A stretch of DNA of 64,000 nt from Lingula anatina (Eukaryota; Animalia; Brachiopoda). Positions 1 to 12,200 of the stretch are shown in pieces. The stretch lies in the NCBI GenBank assembly GCA_051362555.1, contig CM120647.1, positions 124,001 through 188,000 on the forward strand, in the 5' to 3' direction. The notes under the pieces are model-generated. The model was not told the DNA's origin. It was given only the letters and a program-made list of their open reading frames with translations, and did no database searches. Every line of letters begins with the position of its first letter. The stretch's first letter is position 1. Made by a program: the position numbers and the translations under genes.

Positions 1-103
1 AAAATAATACTTTTCTTAGATGAGATTTTTACAGAGAAATCTTATCCTGTGCATCTTTAATTGCCTTCCAGAAATGACAATTTCCATTTGTGTTTTATTT
101 CAG

Positions 104-194
104 CAAAAGATAAGAAGGTATCATTTAATGAAGATGTAGAAGTGAAAACGATAGAAGTTGCCCCTGAAACAGTAGTTATTGATGAGGTAATCAA

Positions 195-229
<35 letters not shown>

Positions 230-3200
230 TGAATAGTTAACCACCGTGATGCAAAAATGCCTGTATTTCATGAAATCCCCATGACTCCTCACAGACTAAC
301 CCCATATCATCTTATTGTGTGTTTCAGTCTAAGATGGATGAATGTCTTGACCAGCTCCAGAATGCTGATCCTACAGGCCAGAATAGACCAGACACACAGG
401 AGATGCTGCAACTAGAGGGTAAACTACTGCCACCACACATTGTCTTTGTTCTGGTAGAAACTTAGTCTATGTTCCATTAAATTTATAGTGTGTATTATGT
501 TAGATGCTCAATAAGATTGTGTTATGTCTGTTGTGTTAGATTCTCAGTATACAGTAGTCCATGAAAACAGAAATCATATCACAGTTTACAATAACAATGT
601 GTTTTCTGTGTTTTAGAAGAGTGCAGGCAGATGGGGCCTCTGATAGACCAGGAACTGGAGCAGATAGACAGGTAAGTCACATCCAGCGCAATCTGCTGTC
701 ACACCTAACACAATCTGTTGTCACATCCAACACAATCTACTGTCTCCCCAAACACAATCTACTGTCACACCCAACACAATCTCTTCTGTCACACCAAACA
801 AAATCTAGTGGTACACTTGACATTCTTCCAGGAATCACAATATGTTGATGGAGTTGAACCAGAAAGTCTGTGAGGCTCTGCAGATGTATAACACACTGAT
901 GAATGAAGGGCCTCGCTATAGCTACAAAGGTGCACCGTCTGGGCCAAGTGTGCAGGGTTATCAAGGTCAAGGTCCCCCAGGAATGCAGCCACCCCCTCAG
1001 GTACAACTAAAAGTAAAGTGGGATTGGGGGGGGGGTGTAGTACTGCCCCCCTCAGGTACAACTAAAACTATAAGAACAAAGTTATTTAACAGTGCAAGGG
1101 GGGGGGGGAATACTTTTTGGGAACAAATGCTGACATTTGAAGCCTTTTTGAAAAACAGAAAAATGTAGATTGTCATTGCAAAGCATTAATTAAAAGATAT
1201 GATTTTAGCAAGCCAGGTAAAGCTGACAAATGTACAGACAGTGCAACTAGGGTAGGTAGAATACTTCCCGTTTGGTACACAACTCTTTGTTGTTAAAATT
1301 GATAATTTGTCTGTTTCAGATGTTTGATGGACACCCTGGTTATATCCCACCTGGTTCTCTGCCATCTGTAGGTCAAGGTCACCCCCAAGGTCAAGTGCTC
1401 CCTCAAGGTGAAGGTCAGTTACCAAGGCACTCCTCTGATCCTAGATTGAACCAGTATTTAGGCAATCAACTTGAACCACAATCTTTTTCCAGGTAAGTGA
1501 ACTCTCTTAACCTAATCTGCTGTCACGCCCAACACAATCTGCTGTCTCCCCAAACACAATCTACTGTCTCACCCAACACAATCTACTGTCTCCCCAAACA
1601 CAATCTACTGTCTCACCCAACACAATCTACTGTCTCCCCAAACACAATCAACTGTCACATCCAACACAGCTACATACACACTATATCTTAACATCTCAAC
1701 AATATTCTTCTTATCATTGGACATGATAAATAAAATATATGACATACACACTATATCTTTACATCTAAACAATATTCTTCTTATCATGGGACATGATAAA
1801 TAAAATATATGACATACACACTATATCTTTACATCTAAACAATATTCTTCTTATCATGGGACATGATAAATAAAATATATGACATACACACTATATCTTT
1901 ACATCTAAACAATATTCTTCTTATCATGGGACATGATAAATAAAATATATGACATACACACTATATCTTTACATCTAAACAATATTCTTCTTATCATGGG
2001 ACATGATAAATAAAATATATGACATACACACTATATCTTTACATCTAAACAATATTCTTCTTATCATGGGACATGATAAATAAAATATATGACATACACA
2101 CTATATCTTTACATCTAAACAATATTCTTCTTATCATGGGACATGATAAATAAAATATATGACATACACACTATATCTTTACATCTAAACAATATTCTTC
2201 TTATCATGGGACATGATGAATAAAATATATGACATACACACTACATCTTTACATCTAAACAATATTCTTCTTATCATGGGACATGATAAATAAAATATAT
2301 GACATACACACTACATCTTTACATCTAAACAATATTCTTCTTATCATGGGACATGATCAGTAAAATATATGACATACACACTACATCTTTACATCTAAAC
2401 AATATTCTTCTTATCATTGGACATGATCAGTAAAATATATGACATACACACTATATCTTTACATCTAAACAATATTCTTCTTATCATGGGACATGATAAA
2501 TAAAATATATGACATACACACTATATCTTTACATCTAAACAATATTCTTCTTATCATGGGACATGATAAATAAAATATATGACATACACACTATATCTTT
2601 ACATCTAAACAATATTCTTCTTATCATGGGGCATGATATATAAAATATATGACATACACACTATATCTTTACATCTAAACAATATTCTTCTTATCATGGG
2701 ACATGATAAATAAAATATATGACATACACACTATATCTTTACATCTAAACAATATTCTTCTTATCATGGGGCATGATATATAAAATATATGACATACACA
2801 CTATATCTTTACTTCTTATCATGGGACATGATAAATAAAATATATGACATACACACTATATCTTTACATCTAAACAATATTCTTCTTATCATGGGACATG
2901 ATAAATAAAATATATGACATACACACTATATCTTTACATCTAAACAATATTCTTCTTATCATGGGACATGATAAATAAAATATATGACATACACACTATA
3001 TCTTTACATCTAAACAATATTCTTCTTATCATGGGACATGATAAATAAAATATATGACATACACACTATATCTTTACATCTAAACAATATTCTTCTTATC
3101 ATTGGACATGATAAATAAAATATATGACATACACACTATATCTTTACATCTAAACAATATTCTTCTTATCATGGGACATGATAAATAAAATATATGACAT

Positions 3201-6200
3201 ACACACTATATCTTTACATCTAAACAATATTCTTCTTATCATTGGACATGATAAATAAAATATATGACATACACACTATATCTTTACATCTCAACAATAT
3301 TCTTCTTATCATGGGACATGATAAATAAAATATATGACATACACACTATATCTTTACTTCTTATCATGGGACATGATAAATAAAATATATGACATACACA
3401 CTATATCTTTACATCTAAACAATATTCTTCTTATCATGGGGCATGATAAATAAAATATATGACATACACACTATATCTTTACATCTAAACAATATTCTTC
3501 TTATCATGGGACATGATAAATAAAATATATGACATACACACTATATCTTTACATCTAAACAATATTCTTCTTATCATGGGACATGATAAATAAAATATAT
3601 GACATACACACTATATCTTTACTTCTTATCATTGGACATGATAAATAAAATATATGACATACACACTATATCTTTACTTCTTATCATTGGACATGATAAA
3701 TAAAATATATGACATACACACTATATCTTTACTTCTTATCATGGGACATGATAAATAAAATATATGACATGCACACTATATCTTTACTTCTTATCATGGG
3801 ACATGATAAATAAAATATATGACATACACACTATATCTTTACATCTAAACAATATTCTTCTTATCATTGGACATGATAAATAAAATATATGACATACACA
3901 CTATATCTTTACTTCTTATCATGGGACATGATAAATAAAATATATGACATACACACTATATCTTTACATCTAAACAATATTCTTCTTATCATGGGACATG
4001 ATAAATAAAATATATGACATACACACTATATCTTTACATCTAAACAATATTCTTCTTATCATGGGACATGATAAATAAAATATATGACATACACACTATA
4101 TCTTTACATCTCAACAATATTCTTCTTATCATTGGACATGATAAATAAAATATATGACATACACACTATATCTTTACATCTAAACAATATTCTTCTTATC
4201 ATTGGACATGATAAATAAAATATATGACATACACACTATATCTTTACATCTAAACAATATTCTTCTTATCATGGGACATGATAAATAAAATATATGACAT
4301 ACACACTATATCTTTACTTCTTATCATTGGACATGATAAATAAAATATATGACATACACACTATATCTTTACATCTAAACAATATTCTTCTTATCATTGG
4401 ACATGATAAATAAAATATATGACATACACACTATATCTTTACATCTAAACAATATTCTTCTTATCATGGGACATGATAAATAAAATATATGACATACACA
4501 CTATATCTTTACTTCTTATCATTGGACATGATAAATAAAATATATGACATACACACTATATCTTTACATCTAAACAATATTCTTCTTATCATTGGACATG
4601 ATAAATAAAATATATGACATACACACTATATCTTTACATCTAAACAATATTCTTCTTATCATGGGACATGATAAATAAAATATATGACATACACACTATA
4701 TCTTTACTTCTTATCATTGGACATGATAAATAAAATATATGACATACACACTATATCTTTACATCTAAACAATATTCTTCTTATCATTGGACATGATAAA
4801 TAAAATATATGACATACACACTATATCTTTACATCTAAACAATATTCTTCTTATCATGGGACATGATAAATAAAATATATGACATACACACTATATCTTT
4901 ACATCTAAACAATATTCTTCTTATCATGGGACATGATAAATAAAATATATGACATACACACTATATCTTTACATCTAAACAATATTCTTCTTATCATTGG
5001 ACATGATAAATAAAATATATGACATACACACTATATCTTTACATCTAAACAATATTCTTCTTATCATGGGACATGATAAATAAAATATATGACATACACA
5101 CTATATCTTTACATCTAAACAATATTCTTCTTATCATGGGACATGATAAATAAAATATATGACATACACACTATATCTTTACATCTAAACAATATTCTTC
5201 TTATCATTGGACATGATAAATAAAATATATGACATACACACTATATCTTTACATCTAAACAATATTCTTCTTATCATCGGACATGATAAATAAAATATAT
5301 GACATACACACTATATCTTTACTTCTTATCATGGGACATGATAAATAAAATATATGACATACACACTATATCTTTACATCTAAACAATATTCTTCTTATC
5401 ATGGGACATGATAAATAAAATATATGACATACACACTATATCTTTACATCTAAACAATATTCTTCTTATCATGGGACATGATAAATAAAATATATGACAT
5501 ACACACTATATCTTTACTTCTAAACAATATTCTTCTTATCATGGGACATGATAAATAAAATATATGACATACACACTATATCTTTACATCTAAACAATAT
5601 TCTTCTTATCATGGGACATGATAAATAAAATATATGACATACACACTATATCTTTACATCTAAACAATATTCTTCTTATCATGGGACATGATAAATAAAA
5701 TATATGACATACACACTATATCTTTACATCTAAACAATATTCTTCTTATCATGGGACATGATAAATAAAATATATGACATACACACTATAACTGCAACAC
5801 GTGGAGCAGTGACAATTACGAGTATTCAGTGAGATGTGTTCGTGTCACATGACACTTGGGTATATAGTTGAGGTCCCGCCCTTACATTTTCAGTTTCAGC
5901 AACACGGGTCTCCGGGATCATATAGTTTTATGTTTTTATAAGTTTCATTAGTTTTAGTTCAAATCAACTCAATTCAGTTTTTGTTCACATTTATTTATGC
6001 AGTAAAGACATTATATACTACAAGAAAGTTTTCCGAGTTGTTTACGGTACGGTCACGGCAACAATAAAACTATTCCCGGGGAATATGGAAGGAGACACGG
6101 AAAAATCTGTCATCTCTTCGCTGAAGACACGGTCTAGAGCGTCTACTTCATCCTATGCAAAAGCCAAGGCCAAGGCGAAAGCTTTAGAGGTAAATTTGGA

Positions 6201-9200
6201 ATATGTGAAGAAACAAACTGAAATTAAACGCCAAAGAGCTTTGCTGGACGCTGAATTTGAATTAATTTCGGCTCAGAAGGATGCAGCAGCCGCTGCGGCA
6301 GAAGCCGCCGCCCTTGACACGGATTCAGATAGGTCTAACTCTGATCTAGAATCACTTTTTAGACTGCCTATGGACAAAACAAAGACTGAAAAATACGTAG
6401 AAACTGTTCAAGGTCAAGTTAACGCAGACAACCACGATTCTGCTGATATAAAGGACCCCCACGGTGTGACTGACGGAATGGACCCCCACAGTGTGACTGA
6501 CGGCAAGGTTCCCCATGGTGCAGCTGACGGAATGGACCCCCACGGTGTGACTCACGGCAAGGATCCTCACGGTGTAGCTGTCACGGCGGATTCCCATGGT
6601 GCGAAAGGTGAAATGCTCCATACGGATACCTATGGTGTGTCAGACTTTGTTCCTCGCCAGTCGCGACAAGACGTGACCAGTGACTTTCCAGCCTATCTTC
6701 GCGGTACACCCGGCTACTTTTCTCGCGGACCAGAGGTACCAAATGCATTCCTTCCAAATGATCCTCACGGAACGCCCGTCTTCTATCCTCGCCAACAAGA
6801 TGTGCCCTATCTTGTGCAGTGCATCCCGCCTTTACCGCAGCCAGAGATTCCAGTGTTTAAGGGTGATGTATTGACTTATAGTGCATTCATGATTTCTTTT
6901 GAAACTAGAATAGAATCTAGAGTTGCATCAAACACTGATAGATTGTACTACCTTTATCAATACACAGATGGTGAACCGAAAGAATTGATAAGTGGTTGTC
7001 TCTATATGCCAGATGGGTACAAAAGGGCACGTGAATTGTTGCATAAAGAGTATGGTAACGAATACAAAATTTCAATGGCATACTTGAATAAATTGTTAGC
7101 ATGGCCCGCTGTTAGAGCGGAGGATAGTGTTGGTCTCAAGGGGCTTTCAGTGTATTTAGTTAAGTGTCATTCAGCAATGCTTCATTTGCATAATTTACAA
7201 GTTCTCAATCATGCCCCACACATGCAAGTTATTGTTAAAAAGCTTCCCATGTACTCCCAGAACCGTTGGAGGGGTATTGTTGCAAAGGTTGTCAGAGATG
7301 AAAAAAGGTCTGTAGTGTTTTCAGATTTGGTCACCTTTATTGAACATGAATCAGAGGCAGTCAACGACCCGGTATTCGGGGAGGCACTTAAATCCGAAGG
7401 TCCCAGTGTGCAGACTACTCGCTTTCCACAGACAAAGACAGCACGCACGTCACCTATGAAGAGAACTCACACATCACATCCCCCAACGCCAAGGACCAGT
7501 GCACATCCACCAGGTTCAAGTTTCGCTGTGATCACTGATCAGGTATGTCCCCATTGTCAACAAACCCACAAGCTGAATGAATGTAGTGCTTTCTTAGAAA
7601 TGCCCTTATCCGAGAGAAAACAACTTTTATTCAGCAAACGTCTTTGCATGGCATGTTTGGAGCCTAATCACATTGCTAAAGGGTGCTTGAATAAACTTAC
7701 CTGTTCAAAATGTCACAAAAAACACCCTACATCGTTACATGACCCTGATTTTCAACGCCAGAATGCAGTTACTAAGGTCAATGTGGTCAATACTGCTGTC
7801 AATACTTCAAACAGTACTTCTGTCAGTCAGTCAACCATGATAGTGCCAGTTTGGATCTCGCATGAAAGTAACCTAGAAAGAGAGCAGCTCATTTACGCTA
7901 TGCTTGACACTCAGTCAGATATTTCTTTTGTTCTGAGAAACACTTCTGATTCCCTACAGTTACAAGGCACACCTGTTAAACTGTCATTGTCAACCATGTC
8001 TGCGTGTAATCAGATTTTGGACAGTAGCAAGATCTCCGGTTTATCCGTGCGTGCATATGACGGTTCCGAGAGAATTACCTTACCACCCTGTTACACGAGA
8101 GACGTGATACCAGCCAATCGCGATCATATTCCATCCCCCGGCATCGCCCACCAGTGGCCCCATCTGCAACCGATTGCTGATAAATTGATTCCTCGAGGCG
8201 ACTTTGAAGTAGGCTTACTCATCGGGTACAACTGCCCATCCGCTTTATTCCCGCGAGAGGTCATACCCCCTATGAATGACGGCCCTTACGCTCTTCGTAC
8301 TAGCCTCGGTTGGAGTATAGTGGGAACGGGACTCGTTAACTACGATGGTGACCCAGGTTTCATAAGTCATCGTGTGATGATCCATGAAGTGTCCCCAGAA
8401 GTCAAGTCGTCATACCAAATGAACGAGAAAGTGATCTTCTGCAAACCGAATCGTATCAAGGAAATATTTGTACCAAAGCACGTTGCGCAAATGCTAGAAC
8501 TCGATTTTAACGATCAACGGCTTGATACTGTCGCGCCTTCTCGTGAAGATTGCCGGTTTATAGACATACTCGAGAGAGGCATCCACGTCACGAACGACGG
8601 ACATTACGAAATGCCGTTGCCGTTTAGAAAGGAAAATCCTGTTCTACCCAATGACCGAGAATTAGCTGTGAAACGCTTGTCGTCTTTGCAATCGCGTTTT
8701 ACAAAGGACCCAAACTACGCTCGCGAATACGCGAAATTCATGCAGTCGCTGATAGACAACGGACACGCTGAAAGAGTCACGAGTGACGTCAGTAAATGTG
8801 CATGGTATATTCCCCACCATGGAGTGTACAATAAACAAAAACTGCGTGTTGTATTCGATTGTAGTGCACGATACAAGGACACGTCGTTGAACGAACATCT
8901 ACTGAAGGGACCTGACATGACCAACTCTCTTATTGGTGTTCTGCTGAGATTTCGCCATGAAATGGTCGCGTTCACGTGTGACATTGAGAAAATGTTTTAT
9001 CAATTTCGTGTCAACGAAGAGCACCGAGACTATTTGAGATTTCTGTGGTTTAAAGACAATGACTTTGAATCAGAACCTGTTGACTACCGCATGTGTGTTC
9101 ATTTATTTGGAGCAACCTCTTCTCCCGGCTGCTCATCATTTGCTTTAAAAAAGATGGCCAGTTTACACGAACATGAATGCGGCTCCGATGTGAAACACTT

Positions 9201-12200
9201 TATTCACAGAAATTTTTATGTGGACGATGGATTGAAGTCGACTGCTACTGCATCAGATGCCATAGAACTTCTGCGCCGATCCAGACAGCTTTGTGAGAAG
9301 CGAGGCATTCGTCTTCACAAGGTCATCTCGAACTCTAATGCAGTCATCCAATCAGTTCTACTTGGTGATCGAGCCCACGACTGTGATGTCATTGACATGA
9401 ATGCAGACAAGTACTTACCTGAGAGAGCCCTTGGTGTTCAATGGTGTGTAGAAGTTGACCAGCTTCAATTCAGAATACTACTCAAAGATAGGCCATTAAC
9501 TAGACGTGGCGTATTGTCTACGATCAGCTCGATCTTTGACCCGCTTGGATTTGTTGCTCCAGTTGTCATGATCGGCAAGCGCATTCTACAGGAACTGTGT
9601 GCTGAGAATTTAGACTGGGACGACCCCATACCCGACAACCTTCGATCACGGTGGGAGCAATGGAGGCTTGGTCTTCGCTCATTGGAATCTATCAGTTTGA
9701 AACGCTGTTACAAGCCGCCTGAGTTTGGTTCAGTGTCAATTGCTGAAATGCACCATTTCTGTGACGCCAGCGCAGGAGGCTACGGAGAGTGTTCGTATGT
9801 AAGGCTCATGAACGAAAGAGGACAAATACACTGTTGTTTACTCATGGGTAAAAGTAGGGTAGCACCGCTTAAGGCCGTTTCCATTCCGAGACTTGAGCTG
9901 ACAGCAGCCACCGTATCTGTGAAAGTAGCGTCTCTCCTACGCTCCGAGCTGGAATTTGAGAAACTGACTGAATACTTTTGGACAGATAGTCGGATAGTAC
10001 TCGGGTACATCAATAACGAGGCACGACGATTCCACACTTACGTAGCCAACAGAGTACAAGTGATTAGGGACTTCACCGAGCCAAACCAGTGGTCGTACGT
10101 TTCATCAGAGACCAACCCGGCTGATGTTGCCTCGCGAGGTTTATCTGCCATCGATCTGGCTAATCATGAGCATTGGTTTCACGGACCTTCCTTTTTATGG
10201 GAAACAACGATCGCTTCTACGGAACAAAATGATTTTTCTCTTCTCCAAGACGACCCAGAAGTGAGGCAAGCAGTATCAGCGTTGTCTACGTCATCCCACG
10301 TGTCAATTCTGGATCGACTTGAACGTTTCTCTGATTGGTACAAGGCGCAACGGGCCATCGCCGTCTGCCTACGCTATCGCCGAATTTTGCGTCGAGAGGG
10401 TCAGAAGGCACACTCGCCAATCACTGTTGACGATATAAAAGGAGCGCGAAATGAAATTTTCAAACACGTGCAGGCCGAGGCATTCCCGAATGGAGATAAG
10501 GAACTGTCTCTGAGAAAGCTCAACCCTTTCTTTGATAAGGAAGGACTTCTGAGGGTTGGAGGACGAATTCGCTTGTCACCCTATGCTGCTTACGACATTC
10601 GTCATCCTATTATATTACCCAAATCTCATCATATTACATCGCTATGTTTACAGCACGCGCACCGATCATGCGGTCATCAAGGCAGAGGAATGACAGTTAA
10701 CTACCTCAGGTCAACTGGCATATGGATCATTTCAGCTAGCTCAGCCGCGTCGAAACTGATATCCAACTGCGTTGCATGAAAAAAGACGAGAGGTTCAGTG
10801 GGAGAGCAAAGGATGGCAAATTTACCTGCAGATCGCTTGACAGAAAGCCCCCCGTTCACATACGTCGGCGTTGATTGTTTTGGTCCGTTCACCGTGAAGG
10901 AAGGAAGAAAGGAGGTCAAACGTTACGGTGTGCTGTTCACATGTCTTGTATCACGGGCTATTCACATTGAGGTGGCAACCGCGCTGACAACGGACTCCTT
11001 CATAAACGCATTGCGTCGATTTCAAGCAATACGTGGACCCATCCGATTGCTGCGTTCAGATTGTGGTACAAATTTTATTGGGGCAAACAATGAGCTTAAA
11101 AGAGCACTCAGTGAAATGGATCAGCATACTTTGTCAGAATTTTTGAGGGAACGACAATGCGATTACATTCAATTTGAGTTTAATGCACCGTCGTCCAGCC
11201 ATGCAGGAGGAGTCTGGGAACGTCAAATTCGAACTGTGAGAAATGTTTTGTCTTCTCTGCTTGAGCAGTCACAGTCTCAATTGAACGACGAGTCGTTACG
11301 GACATTGATGCATGAAGTGACCGCAATTGTTAATTGCAGACCTCTCACCTCTGACAACCTAAATGACCCATGTTCCCTTGAGCCATTAACCCCCAATCAT
11401 TTGTTAACCACCAAAACAAATGTTATTCTCCCGCCTCCTGGTGAATTCCAGAAAGCAGACATGTATTGTAGAAAACACTGGAGAAGGGTTCAGTATTTAT
11501 GCAATCAGTTTTGGTTTAGATGGCGCAGAGAATATTTGCAAACCTTACAAGTGAGACAAAAATGGTTAAGGCCTAGACGCAATTTCTGTGTTGGAGATAT
11601 TGTTTTGATTAAAGATGAGAATTTACCAAGAAATCTTTGGTCATTAGCAAGAGTTGAAAATGTTTATCCCAGTGATGATGAGCATGTCAGAAAAGTCAAA
11701 GTAGCAATGAGTACTCATGCATTAGATTCTGCTGGTCGAAGGTTAGATCCAATTGTGTTTTTAGACAGACCAATTCAGAAGTTGGTACTTTTAGTTCCAA
11801 GTACTGATAATAATTAATGATTTATTCAGGGTTTAATCCCCGTCAAAGAGCCAATTGTTAACCTAAATGCATACGTTGCAAATTAAGTATAGCATTTTGC
11901 TGGATTAATAAATTAGAGTTTGATGGTATAGTAGTAGGGAATTCAGTTGTTACAAAGCATCATCATCATTTTATATGGATGTCATGCATGAACAAATTAA
12001 ATTGTAATTGCTATGTCTTAAGGACACACTGTACATACTTAATTGGTTATCTATATTTGATGTTTGTTTTTTTTTGTTAAAGTATGTATCTATATTCATA
12101 TCATCATTAGAACTTTTCAGATAATAGAACAGTTAACAGTTGTGGCGTCTTCTTTAGAAGATGGTAATGTTGGAGCACACAGTTGAAGGGTAAATGTTTG

